DNA of 64,000 nt from an uncultured Bacteroidales bacterium (GCA_963710385.1 CAVQAB010000002.1:11880-75879), one strand, 5' to 3'. Shown: positions 11,720 to 22,007, counted from the first letter of the stretch. Made by a program: numbers and translations. The notes: generated from the letters alone by a model not told the origin.

Positions 11720-11832
11720 GAAATTGGGTGGTAAGTTAGGAAGTAATTATGAGATAACAAAAAAAATTAAAAAAAAGGGTTATGCGCGTGCGGCGTACAA
11801 CCCAATGCTAATCTATTTAATCTTATTGATAG

Positions 11833-12280
11833 TTAGTCGTCTAAAGAACCAAACATAATGGCCACACATCCCTCTTCCGGTTCATCCACATTTCCGTCCG
11901 GGACAGGGACCTTTACCATGATTTTTAATTGCTGACTCGATTCCAGTGTGAAATCCCATTTCCATTCAAAATCCTTCAGGCTATTGTCGTACAGCACTTT
12001 GCCGTTTCTGGTGTCGACAACTTTGAACTCTATGGCGGACAGGTTACTTGCACCACATACTCCAATCCTGTAATTTCTATCTGAATAGAAGGTCTTGTAG
12101 AGCTCTGCTTCTTCACCTTCAATCAACAAGGCAGCATGATAATTACCGTCATGCTGATAGGGATTCAGTCCAGACTTTGCAGGTGTTTTTGGCGAATTGT
12201 TTGCACTGTGCATTCATTGCCACAGGCAATGCGAGCATGCAAGCAACCAGGGATAAAAAGAGTATGCCTTTCTTAGTCAT
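11833..12280 (-). pseudogene. Small secreted hypothetical protein, frameshift near 12185
   Basis: Signal peptide 'MTKKGILFLSLVACMLALPVAMNAQ' from the ATG at 12280 is in one frame. The 126-aa body (11833-12213) is in another. Confidence 0.45.
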
Positions 12281-12291
12281 GGTATATTGTA

Positions 12292-13215
12292 TTAGGATAT
12301 ATAGCTACTTCTGATTTCTTTAACTTTGGATTTCAATTCATTGAATACATCCTGTGTGATTTCAATGGATGATTCTGATTTAAGGGTGGTTACATTGGTT
12401 TCAGGATCTTCAACTGCTGTGACTTCACCCTGTTCAATGGTGATCTTATCGAAGATGGCCTTCAGGCCTTAACATCTTCAAGTACTGCCATGGCATCTTC
12501 GTCTTCAGGGGATGCTTCAAGCAGGTTGACCATAATATCAAGTGAAAGCTTCTGATCTACGATTCTTTCAACCAGTTTATTCTCTTCCAGGTTGCTTATC
12601 ATCCACCAGGTTGGTGGCAATATAGAGACCCTCCACCCAGCCTCCTACCAGAATCACCGAGGCTGTGGCCTCCAGTCCGTTCTCCTTGAGAAAGGAGCTG
12701 GAATTCATTAGTGTCTCTGAGATGATATCAATGATCACTTCCCGGTTGTTGATATTTGTCCTCAAGTCGCTGAATGGTCTCTTCATCAATGGCATCCAGA
12801 ATATTCAGACCGTCTGCCATCTCTTTGGCTGCTTCAATATAATTCAAGGTGGCCTGGGTCTGATCAAACAGACTTGCATAACTTAGATCCGTGGAGTAGA
12901 TTCCCAGGTTAAGGGCTTTGCGATTTGGCAGTAATATACCTTGAGGTATTCTCAGTGGGATTCAGGAGCTCTTCATCATATTCAGCACCTGCATTTTTGA
13001 TCAGCATGGCTGTTTCTAGAGGGGAGGGAAGTGAGTAAAAGATCCTCTTGGCAGTATTTAGTTGCTCCTGTGTTTCCGTATCAAGTTACCGGTGGCTTCA
13101 AAATCCGCCGAACCTTCACTTCTTTGGAGCCACGGTTACATCCAGTAAGAACGAAGCCGAGAAAAACGAACAGAAGAAGGAAGAATTTACCGGATAATAT
13201 TAAGTTTCGGTTCAT
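12292..13215 (-). pseudogene. Hypothetical lipoprotein of about 308 aa, at least 5 frameshifts
   Basis: The N-terminus 'MNRNLILSGKFFLLLFVFLGFVLTGC' carries a lipobox. A coherent protein can be followed across all three frames down to the stop at 12292. Confidence 0.45.
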
Positions 13216-13398
13216 AGGTTGGTTATTTAATTCACTGGGTTAATTGGATCACTTTGCAAAATCTGTGCAAGTCAAATATTTCAGAGTTGTATTCTCTTTT
13301 TAAAGCTTTCTTAATGTAGTAAAAATAATATTTTTTTTTGAATTACAAAAAGATTGTCAAACCTCTCCAAAGTCGATATTTATAAGAGATTCAGGCAT

Positions 13399-14286
13399 TT
13401 ACCTCAAAAGCGAGAACCTTTCAGTTAGTAAGGGTTCATATTCATTATCAAGTTCCTCAGTCCATCCGATCATGTACCTGGTAAAGTCACCAATTTCAAG
13501 ATCCTTCAGGGAGCGGGCATATACATCTGACATGATATCATCCGGAAAGGCCTGGGTTGCCAACCTGATTTTCCGTTTGCTCCTGCGAAAATGGGTTTCA
13601 TGAAGATCGGCAGCTCCATACAGGTGAAGAAAACTATGGGCAATTTCAGAGGGGTATTTGTAGCTGACTACGGAGAACTCCACGTCATCATTATGCAGGG
13701 TATTGATTGCCAATGAAATGTCCGACCTGAAGTAGTTGTTTACCATCAGGAGCAGGGCCACACTTTCCACCTGGTATTCATCTCTCAAGAGCGCAATGAG
13801 CCGTTCTTTGTTACTGGGACGTTTCTGTATTGGAATCCCGTCTTTCTCTTTGATATATAGGGATTCACCAATGATCTTTGAAACATAATCACCCCATCGG
13901 CTCAGGGATCCCATACCGTCGATCAGATTTTGGTCTTCCAGGATTTCATTCACGCTTCTTCTTGGAAGATTTCGCTGTATGGTGGTAAATTCATCGCCAA
14001 TGTAGTAGTCAGTTTTAATATTCAAGGTAATATCATGCTCGGTGGCCTGAGTTTCCAGCCATCTTGTTGCCACCTGGATGGAGTCAATGGTGGTGAGGAT
14101 ATCAAACTCGGACCAGGGAGAGGTGGTCCGGGTGTCCACAAATACAAAATAGAGCAAGACATCGTTTTTCAGGTCTTTACACACATTGTTATGTCTGCCA
14201 GAACGGAAATCAAAGGATGGAGTCGAAGCGGATATGGCTACCAAAAAGAGTATGAAAACTAAGAGGTTTGTAATGATACTGCGCAT
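13399..14286 (-). CDS. Secreted hypothetical protein (295 aa) with a degenerate metalloprotease-like 'HSFLH' motif
   Basis: Intact ORF with signal peptide 'MRSIITNLLVFILFLVAISAS' and the motif 'EIAHSFLHLYGAADLH'. Confidence 0.6.
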   Translation of the reverse strand: MRSIITNLLVFILFLVAISASTPSFDFRSGRHNNVCKDLKNDVLLYFVFVDTRTTSPWSEFDILTTIDSIQVATRWLETQATEHDITLNIKTDYYIGDEFTTIQRNLPRRSVNEILEDQNLIDGMGSLSRWGDYVSKIIGESLYIKEKDGIPIQKRPSNKERLIALLRDEYQVESVALLLMVNNYFRSDISLAINTLHNDDVEFSVVSYKYPSEIAHSFLHLYGAADLHETHFRRSKRKIRLATQAFPDDIMSDVYARSLKDLEIGDFTRYMIGWTEELDNEYEPLLTERFSLLR

Positions 14287-14307
14287 TACCGGTAGTTTAC
14301 AGGTTGA

Positions 14308-14976
14308 TCAAATGTACGTAAAAAGAGACACTAGGGTTTCCCTTTTCTTTTCAAAGTAGGTGCACAGGTGTCTGATTCCGCATTGTCTGCAAGCTGGTTT
14401 TCGTGCCTTGCACACATACCTGCCGTGAAGAATCAACCAATGGTGAGCAAGGGGAATCATCTCTTCCGGGATATGTCTGATCAACTGCATCTCAGTCTCA
14501 TAGGGATTCTTGGCTTTGGAGGTGAGTCCGATTCGTGCAGCCACCCTGAAGACATGGGTGTCCACTGCCATGGCGGGCTTTTGAAAGGCCACAGAAAGGA
14601 TCACATTGGCTGTTTTCCTGCCCACACCCGGAAGCTGTTGAAGTTCCTCCATTGTATCGGGTACAATCCCATTGAATCTCTCAATGAGCATGCGGGCCAT
14701 TCCTAAAAGATGTTTTGCTTTGTTATTGGGATAGGAGCAACTTTTAATCAGTTCAAATACCTGTTCCAATTCAGCTTCAGCCAGGGAATAGACATCCGGG
14801 AATCGTGTGTAGAATTCAGGAGTTATCAGATTGACTCTTTTATCGGTGCACTGGGCAGACAGGATCACAGCCACTATAAGCTCATAGGGAGTGCCATATT
14901 CCAGTTCAGTTTCAGCCACTGGCATGGCCTTAGAAAAGTATTCAATAACTTTTTCAAATCGTTCCTTTTTCTTCAT
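14308..14976 (-). CDS. nth: Endonuclease III (DNA-(apurinic or apyrimidinic site) lyase)
   Basis: HhH-GPD motif 'LPGVGRKTANV' and a C-terminal 4Fe-4S cluster motif C-x6-C-x2-C-x5-C ('CKARKPACRQCGIRHLC'). Confidence 0.92.
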   Translation of the reverse strand: MKKKERFEKVIEYFSKAMPVAETELEYGTPYELIVAVILSAQCTDKRVNLITPEFYTRFPDVYSLAEAELEQVFELIKSCSYPNNKAKHLLGMARMLIERFNGIVPDTMEELQQLPGVGRKTANVILSVAFQKPAMAVDTHVFRVAARIGLTSKAKNPYETEMQLIRHIPEEMIPLAHHWLILHGRYVCKARKPACRQCGIRHLCTYFEKKRETLVSLFTYI

Positions 14977-15127
14977 GGATAGCAGATGAGCACCTCAAAA
15001 TTGCACATTTATCTCTGATTTGTGATATGTTATTGAAGATTATGAAAAGTCCGCAACTCTTTTAAGCATCTACACCACTTGATTTTCTGGTAATAATTGC
15101 TTACGTTTACACCCTTAAATCGAGGAT

Positions 15128-15178
15128 ATGGTATTAAAAAGCCTGTCATATTACTTTTATTTTTATTCTGACAGATAG
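15128..15178 (+). promoter_or_regulatory. Leader peptide ORF 'MVLKSLSYYFYFYSDR', the aromatic amino-acid attenuation leader of the pheA operon
   Basis: ATG at 15128 preceded by GAGGA. Six consecutive Tyr/Phe codons occupy 15149-15166 and the stop is TAG at 15176-15178. A terminator follows 29 nt later, immediately before pheA. Confidence 0.7.
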
Positions 15179-15206
15179 CTGGTCGGGCTTACTTTATTCA
15201 TGTTGT

Positions 15207-15234
15207 ACCCGGCTTATGTCGGGTTTTTTGTTTT
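15207..15234 (+). terminator. Attenuator terminator hairpin with a T-run, plus an alternative antiterminator pairing
   Basis: ACCCGGC (15207-15213), loop TTAT, GTCGGGT (15218-15224), then TTTTTGTTTT. GTCGGG at 15182-15187 can instead pair with CCCGGC at 15208-15213, which would act as the antiterminator. Confidence 0.65.
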
Positions 15235-15240
15235 AAAATA

Positions 15241-16081
15241 ATGGCAAAAACAATAGCAATACAGGGTGGATACGGTGCATTTCATGAAATTGCAGCACAC
15301 CATTTTTTTGCAGGTGAAGAGATTAAGATCCTTCCCAGGAATACCTTCAGGGATATGGTAACCACACTGAAGGACCGAAACTCAGATTTTGGTATTATGG
15401 CCATTGAGAATTCTCTGGCCGGAAGCATTATTCCCAATTACAATCTGATCATCAATACCAGCATGCATATCACAGGCGAGATCTACCTGAGGATCAAACA
15501 GAACCTGGTGGCCATTACCCGGCGTGAAGATCTCAGATCTTAGGGAGGTCTATTCCCATCCCATGGCCATACTGCAATGCCAGGACTTTTTTGATACTCA
15601 TCCGGAAATCCGTCTGATTGAGAGTATTGATACAGCTTTAAGTGCAGAAGAGATTGCAGAAAAGGGTTTGACGGATACAGGAGCCATATCGAGCAAGATG
15701 GCAGCAGATAAATATGGACTGGAGATCCTTGCCAGAAGCATTGAGACCAACAAGATGAATTATACACGGTTTCTGATACTGGCTGAGAATGGAATTATCA
15801 TTCCACAGGAAGAAGTCAATAAGGCTTCTGTATACTTCACTGTGGCCCATAAGTTCGGATCTCTTTCTAAAATACTCTCCATCCTGTCCTACTATGAAAT
15901 AAACCTGGCCAAAATTCAGTCCATGCCTATTCCTGGAAAGGACTGGGAGTATATGTTTTATGTGGATGTGGAGATCAATGATTATGATATGTATAAGAAA
16001 TCCCTGGAGGCCATCAAGCCGTTTACCCCATCGTTGGGTATTCTGGGGGAGTATAGAAAAGGTGAAACAGTAATTGAATAA
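15241..16081 (+). pseudogene. pheA: Prephenate dehydratase, one frameshift near 15525
   Basis: ORFs 15241-15543 and 15524-16081 join as '...IKQNLVAI(x)PGVKISDLREVYSHPMAILQC...'. The sequence carries the 'NYTRFLIL' motif and a C-terminal ACT-like domain. Confidence 0.9.
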
Positions 16082-17177
16082 ATATGGAATTATGGTAGTT
16101 GATGTAGAGTTGGAACCGCTGACATTTGAAGGTGATTTGTTTACAAAGCCAATCTTTATGGCTGGACCCTGTAGTGCTGAGACTGAGGAACAGGTGATGA
16201 ATACTGCGGTTCCTCTGGCCGATATGGGGATTAAGATTTTCAGGGCAGGTATCTGGAAACCCCGAACCAGACCCAATGCATTTGAAGGAGTAGGATCAGA
16301 AGGACTGAAGTGGCTTCAACGGGTAAAAAAGGAGACCGGAATGCTGGTCTCCACCGAGGTGGCCAATGTAAAACATGTGTATGAAGCACTCAAATATGGA
16401 GTTGACATCATCTGGATTGGGGCACGGACCTCTGCCAATCCATTTGCTGTTCAGGATATCGCAGATAGTCTGAGGGGTGTGAATATTCCGGTAATGATCA
16501 AGAACCCGGTCAATCCTGATGTGGACCTCTGGATCGGTGCCATTGAGAGGATCAACAATGCGGGGATCAAACGAATTGCAGCCATACACCGTGGATTTTC
16601 CAGTTATGATAAAACCCTTTACCGGAATATTCCCCAATGGCAGGTTCCCATCGAACTTCGCAGACGAATTCCCAATATGCCTATCATTACTGATCCCAGT
16701 CATATATGCGGAACACGGGAATTCCTTTACGACATCTCTCAGAAAGCCATGGACCTGAATTTCGACGGTTTAATCATTGAGACCCATTGCAATCCTGACA
16801 AGGCACTGAGTGATGCAAAGCAGCAGGTAACCCCGGAAGGACTTCAAGATATCCTGAACAGGTTGATACTCAGGGATCCTGAGGTAAAGGAAGAGCTTAT
16901 GCTGACCCTGGCTGTGTTGAGGGACCAGATCGATAAGCTGGATGACAAGATCATTAACATGTTGGAGGAGAGGATGCAAGTATCTGAAAAGATTGGAGAT
17001 TACAAAAAGGAGAATAATATTACCATTCTGCAGACCAAACGCTGGGATGATATGCTAAAAAACCGAATGCGTCTGGGAATCAGGAAAGGACTCAGCGAGG
17101 AATTTATCGTTAAATTGTTCCGGTCCATTCACCAGGAATCCATCAATCACCAGACCAGTGTAATGAACAAAGAATAG
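16074..17177 (+). CDS. Bifunctional 3-deoxy-7-phosphoheptulonate (DAHP) synthase / chorismate mutase
   Basis: A type I-beta DAHP synthase core ('KPRTRPNAFEGVG', 'ITDPSH', 'IIETH') is followed by a C-terminal AroQ-type chorismate mutase helix ('LRDQIDKLDDKIINMLEERMQVSEKIGDYK'). Confidence 0.88.
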   Translation: MNKYGIMVVDVELEPLTFEGDLFTKPIFMAGPCSAETEEQVMNTAVPLADMGIKIFRAGIWKPRTRPNAFEGVGSEGLKWLQRVKKETGMLVSTEVANVKHVYEALKYGVDIIWIGARTSANPFAVQDIADSLRGVNIPVMIKNPVNPDVDLWIGAIERINNAGIKRIAAIHRGFSSYDKTLYRNIPQWQVPIELRRRIPNMPIITDPSHICGTREFLYDISQKAMDLNFDGLIIETHCNPDKALSDAKQQVTPEGLQDILNRLILRDPEVKEELMLTLAVLRDQIDKLDDKIINMLEERMQVSEKIGDYKKENNITILQTKRWDDMLKNRMRLGIRKGLSEEFIVKLFRSIHQESINHQTSVMNKE

Positions 17178-17182
17178 ATCCA

Positions 17183-18208
17183 ATGCACCAGATCAAATTG
17201 ACCACTCCCACAGGAGATACTGATATTGAAGTTGGGGAACTTCTCTCAGCCAGGATTCGTGAACTCGATCCTGCAACAGTATTTCTGGTGGATGAAAATG
17301 TGTTTAAACTGCATAAGGAGATCTTCGGCTCGTACAAATCTATAATCATACCATCAGGAGAGCCATATAAAACCATTCAAACGGTTGAAAACATCTATAA
17401 GGAGTTGGTCAGCTTTGAAGTCGACAGATCAACTTTACTGGTTGGTGTGGGAGGAGGATTGGCAACTGATGTGGCTGGATTTGTGGCATCTACCTTTCTC
17501 AGGGAAGTGCAATTCGGATTTATCAGTACCACTTTGCTGGGACAGGTCGATGCCAGCATTGGAGGAAAGAATGGAGTGAACCTGGATGGTTATAAGAATA
17601 TGATAGGAACCATTCGGCAACCCTCCTTTGTATGGTGCGACCTCTCGTTGCTGAATACCCTTCCCGGCAGAGAATATATCTCAGGAATAGCCGAAGTCAT
17701 CAAATATGGAGCCATTTGGGATAAAGAGTTTCTTCATTACCTGAAAGACCATATGTCGAATTTGCTTGCCCTTGAGATGGGTGTCCTGAAATCCGTTGTG
17801 ACCACCTGTGCCAGAATTAAGGTGGATATAGTCCAGCAGGATGAAAAGGAATCAGCCCTCAGGAAGATCTTAAATTTTGGGCATACCATTGGACACGCCA
17901 TCGAACGTGACAGGAAAGTGTTCCATGGAGAAGCTGTAGCAATTGGAATGGTTCTGGCTGCGAGGCTTTCTCAATCAATGAAGATGATATCCCCAAGGGA
18001 TTGTGACCTTATTCAAGATCTGGTTTTAGCAGCCGGATTGCCTGCCCATATGGATCTGGATCCAGAGGTGATCTTCCAGAATATTAGAAAAGACAAGAAG
18101 AAAAGCGGGGACAACATCCATTTCATCTTATTGGAAGGATTGGGTAATGCCATTATAAAAACCATACCACTGGGAGACCTAAAGCATATTCTTCATGATC
18201 TGTGTTAG
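17183..18208 (+). CDS. aroB: 3-dehydroquinate synthase
   Basis: Contains 'VGGGLATDVAGFVASTF' and 'FGHTIGHAIE'. The position in the aro operon fits. Confidence 0.9.
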   Translation: MHQIKLTTPTGDTDIEVGELLSARIRELDPATVFLVDENVFKLHKEIFGSYKSIIIPSGEPYKTIQTVENIYKELVSFEVDRSTLLVGVGGGLATDVAGFVASTFLREVQFGFISTTLLGQVDASIGGKNGVNLDGYKNMIGTIRQPSFVWCDLSLLNTLPGREYISGIAEVIKYGAIWDKEFLHYLKDHMSNLLALEMGVLKSVVTTCARIKVDIVQQDEKESALRKILNFGHTIGHAIERDRKVFHGEAVAIGMVLAARLSQSMKMISPRDCDLIQDLVLAAGLPAHMDLDPEVIFQNIRKDKKKSGDNIHFILLEGLGNAIIKTIPLGDLKHILHDLC

Positions 18209-18830
18209 CATTGCTCATATAAGCCAAATCAATCGTGTGCTTCAATCAGATGTTGCATTGGTCGAATTGAGGCTGGATCTCATAAAAGAGGATCCGCAAA
18301 AGATATATTCTCTTTTGTCGGCTGAAGTGAAAAGTGTAGCCACATGCCGACCAGATGGGTACCATGAAGCCGAAAGAATTGAATTAATAAAAGAGTGCAT
18401 CGACCTGGGGGCCTCATATGTGGACATTGAGGTCGAGTCCTCACCATCGTTTGTAAAAGAGATAACAAACCACGCAAAACGCAGCGAAACCGAAGTAATT
18501 GTCTCTTACCATAATTTTAAACTGACACCTGTGCGTCCTGATTTGATTCAGATGGTGACCAGATGTTATGATCGGGGGGGAAACATTGCAAAAATTGCAA
18601 CCAGGGTCAATTCAATGGAGGATACCCGGAATCTCTTCTCCCTCTATGATTTGCCTGGCAGGAAGGTGGTGATCGGAATGGGGAGGGAAGGTCGAATCTC
18701 CAGGATTATGGCGCCCTATTTAGGTGCAGAATTCACCTTTGCATCTCTTGAACCGGGAGGCGAAACAGCTCCTGGACAACTAAGTGTGAAACAGTTGAAT
18801 GAAATATATAAAGTGATTAATCAACCATGA
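18195..18830 (+). CDS. aroD: Type I 3-dehydroquinate dehydratase
   Basis: Contains 'VELRLD', 'YVDIEVES' and 'VIVSYHNF..TP'. The 211-aa length fits AroD. Confidence 0.8.
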   Translation: MICVSIAHISQINRVLQSDVALVELRLDLIKEDPQKIYSLLSAEVKSVATCRPDGYHEAERIELIKECIDLGASYVDIEVESSPSFVKEITNHAKRSETEVIVSYHNFKLTPVRPDLIQMVTRCYDRGGNIAKIATRVNSMEDTRNLFSLYDLPGRKVVIGMGREGRISRIMAPYLGAEFTFASLEPGGETAPGQLSVKQLNEIYKVINQP

Positions 18831-19831
18831 ACTCATTCGGTAAATTATTCAGAATCAGTATATTTGGGGAATCTCATGGTGAATCGGTAGGTATTGTCAT
18901 TGATGGCTGTCCTGCGGGGATTCCTCTGAAACATTCCGATTTTAATACCGATTTCTCCAGGCGAAAAAGCGGGGCGAAAGGGACCACGCCCAGGCGAGAA
19001 GCTGATATTCCACGCATCATGAGTGGTGTATTTAATGAGCATACCAGCGGTGCTCCCATTGCGATCATGTTCGAAAATACCAATACCCGCTCAAGGGACT
19101 ACAGCATTCTGAAGGATATGCCCAGACCGGGCCACGCTGATTTTACTGCCCATGAAAAATTCGGAGGTTACCAGGATTACCGTGGTGGGGGACATTTTTC
19201 AGGGCGTTTAACCCTCGGACTTGTGGCTGCAGGAGTTGTTGCCAAAAAGATCATTGATCCAATGCAGGTTGTTGGTTCCATCCTTGAAGTTGGGGGAAGC
19301 TCTGATATTGAATCAGCCATTGATCGGGCCATGGAACAAAAGGATTCAATCGGAGGAATCATCGAATGCAGGATTGTTAAGGTGCCCGTTGGGCTGGGTG
19401 AACCTTTCTTTGATTCAGTTGAAGCAGTGATGAGCCATATGGTCTTTTCAATTCCGGCCATCAAGGGCATTGAATTCGGATCAGGATTCAAGGCCGCAAA
19501 AATGACAGGGAGTCAACACAATGATAATATTATTGGCATCGACGGAACTACAGAAACCAACCATGCAGGGGGGATAAACGGGGGAATTACCAATGGAAAT
19601 GAGATCATATTCAGAGTGGCTGTGAAACCCACATCCAGCACACACCAGACGCAGCATACCATGAATATGAAGTCAGGATCCATGGAAGACCTTACCATTG
19701 AGGGTCGGCATGATACCTGCATCGCTCTGCGTGTACCGGTAGTGGTTGAGGCCGCCGCAGCCATAGTGATGGCCGATTTCATGCTTCAGTCGCAGCAGGT
19801 CAACAGAATTTACAAACCAAAACACGAATAG
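18827..19831 (+). CDS. aroC: Chorismate synthase
   Basis: Contains 'FGESHGESVG', 'RPGHADFT' and 'GRHDTC'. Confidence 0.9.
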   Translation: MNSFGKLFRISIFGESHGESVGIVIDGCPAGIPLKHSDFNTDFSRRKSGAKGTTPRREADIPRIMSGVFNEHTSGAPIAIMFENTNTRSRDYSILKDMPRPGHADFTAHEKFGGYQDYRGGGHFSGRLTLGLVAAGVVAKKIIDPMQVVGSILEVGGSSDIESAIDRAMEQKDSIGGIIECRIVKVPVGLGEPFFDSVEAVMSHMVFSIPAIKGIEFGSGFKAAKMTGSQHNDNIIGIDGTTETNHAGGINGGITNGNEIIFRVAVKPTSSTHQTQHTMNMKSGSMEDLTIEGRHDTCIALRVPVVVEAAAAIVMADFMLQSQQVNRIYKPKHE

Positions 19832-19836
19832 ATATT

Positions 19837-20619
19837 ATGCGAATTGCAATTATAGGAGCCGGTAACATGGGCTCATGGCTGGTAGAGTCGCTCTGCCTTG
19901 ATTATGAAGTAGGTGTATATGATGTGGACCGTAATAAATTGAAGTATTTCTTCAATTCCAGAAAGTTCTTGTACTACGAGGAAATTGCAGATTTTTCGCC
20001 CGATCTGCTGATCAATGCCGTGAGTCTGGACAAGACCATTACCCTCTTTGATGAAATCATTTCCTATCTGCCCGAGAAGTGCATCATTGCTGATATCACC
20101 TCTGTGAAAAGCGGCATGGCTGACTATTATCATAAGCTGGGCAGACGGTTTGTATCGACCCACCCCATGTTCGGGCCTACCTTTGGTAACGTGAAGGATC
20201 TAAGCAATGAGAATGCAATCATTATCACCGACTCGGATGAAGAAGGAAAAGCATTTTTCAGGGAATTTTACAGCGGATTAAATATCAAGATCCATGAATA
20301 CTCCTTTCAGGAGCATGATGAAACCATTGCCTATTCACTCTCCATACCCTTTTCTTCCACCATGGTATTTGCTGCCTGCATGAAGGAGCAGGAGGCCCCC
20401 GGTACAACCTTTAAAAAGCATTATAGTATTGCTGAAGGACTTCTGTCGGAGGATGATTACCTGCTTTCTGAGATTCTGTTGAGTCCCTACAGCCTGGATC
20501 AGGTGGAAAGAATCAGTGAACAGATGGAGTCTCTGATCGAAATGATCCGTGCACGGGACAAGGAAAAGTTAAAGGTGTTTTTCGAGATGTTAAGGAGCAA
20601 TATCGGGCTGAAATCTTAG
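19837..20619 (+). CDS. tyrA: Prephenate dehydrogenase
   Basis: Rossmann N-terminus 'IAIIGAGNMGSW' and the motif 'STHPMFGP'. It is the last gene of the aro operon. Confidence 0.8.
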   Translation: MRIAIIGAGNMGSWLVESLCLDYEVGVYDVDRNKLKYFFNSRKFLYYEEIADFSPDLLINAVSLDKTITLFDEIISYLPEKCIIADITSVKSGMADYYHKLGRRFVSTHPMFGPTFGNVKDLSNENAIIITDSDEEGKAFFREFYSGLNIKIHEYSFQEHDETIAYSLSIPFSSTMVFAACMKEQEAPGTTFKKHYSIAEGLLSEDDYLLSEILLSPYSLDQVERISEQMESLIEMIRARDKEKLKVFFEMLRSNIGLKS

Positions 20620-21931
20620 TAATAGAACCTTCGTGGTCTTTTCTTGTGATCCGGAACCGGTGGTCGATCCGGTGTCCCATGATCCAAACAATCTTTTTAC
20701 CTGATGCCAGGATCCAGGTACTATCCTTTTCCGGAACCGAAATCTTGTTATCCACGAAGAAATCACTCAGCTTCTTCATCTGGTTCATGCCCAAAGGATA
20801 GAAATAATCTCCATGCAGCCAGTGCCTGATGGTAAGAGGGAACTGAATCTCATCATGGTCCAGACATGCGATCCTTGGATCCGATGGGAATCTCTTTCAG
20901 ATCATCTCTGTCAAGTACTTCCACATCCATGGGAAATGGAAGTAGCGAGTTGAATTCAGGACCATCCAGGTAATACCTTTCGAATCTTTCCTGGGAGGAT
21001 TGAAACAGGATCAGCATGTTCTCGGTCCTTGTAAAGTTGATGGGTGGTAGAAATGGATCGCCGACCCGGTTTTGCATCTATGATCATTTCGATCCCTTCG
21101 CACTGTGATCTGGTAAATCCGAATGGAGAAAACAGTGCCTAGAACCAGGTTCTCCTGGGTGTGAGTGACTTCAATCTCCCGGTATCTATGGTGATGCGTC
21201 CAGATCCTTCTTCAAATAATTCCTTTCTGACCATTTCCACTGCTTGATTAAAAATGCCTTGTACCTCGTTGAGCCTTGACATGTTCATGGACATGGTTTC
21301 AATAAAAGCAGGATTGAGTTGTTCCAACACCGGGATCACATCATGCCGGATTTTGTTCCTCTGGTATTTGGTTTCCAGATTACTTGCATCCTGACGGAAT
21401 TTGATCTGTTGCTGGTTGCAGTATTCAATAATTTCCTGCCGGGAAGCAAGGAGCAGGGGTCGGATTATCTTTCCGTTTCGGGCAGGAATTCCGGACAATC
21501 CCCTGATACCGGTTCCTCGTGATAGATTAAGGAAAAATGTTTCAACCGAGTCATTTTTATTATGCGCAGTGGCTACAAGATCATATGAATGATCATTAAG
21601 AAGCTCCGCAAACCAGGAATATCTGAGTTCCCTGGCGGCCATCTGAACCGAAATTCCTTCTTCCTCGACTTTTACCTCAACATCGAACCGTTTTACAAAA
21701 ACCGGCATTTCCAACGATGTCACCAAGTGATCTGACAAAAGCCTCGTCAGATTCAGAATCCCCTCCGCGCAGTTGAAAATTGCAGTGCGCAATGGCACAT
21801 TGATAATCCAGTTTCCCTGAACAGATGAGCCATTACCACCGAATCGATACCACCACTTACAGCCAGCAGCAACCGGTCACCAAACTTACATAGATTGTTC
21901 TCCTGCAGATAATTTACAACTGTTCAACCAT
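20590..21931 (-). pseudogene. tilS: tRNA(Ile)-lysidine synthase TilS, at least 5 frameshifts. The 3' end is uncertain: the as-sequenced ORF runs to 20513.
   Basis: The PP-loop 'LLLAVSGGIDSVVMAHLF' lies near 21880. The core ORF is 21139-21798 ('ATAHNKNDSVETFFLNL'). The C-terminal domain pieces are 20853-21077 and 20513-20794 ('YFYPLGMNQMKKLSDFFVDNKIS'). Confidence 0.85.
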
Positions 21932-21944
21932 CAGCGCAAGTTAC

Positions 21945-21978
21945 GAAAAAAGGAGGGCTCCACGGAGCCCTCCTTTTC
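21945..21978 (-). terminator. Intrinsic terminator downstream of the peroxiredoxin gene
   Basis: Perfect 13-bp stem AAAAGGAGGGCTC / GAGCCCTCCTTTT with a 4-nt loop. A T-run follows on the minus strand. Confidence 0.8.
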
Positions 21979-22007
21979 GTTCTGTAGTGCACTATCTACT
22001 GGGAACC

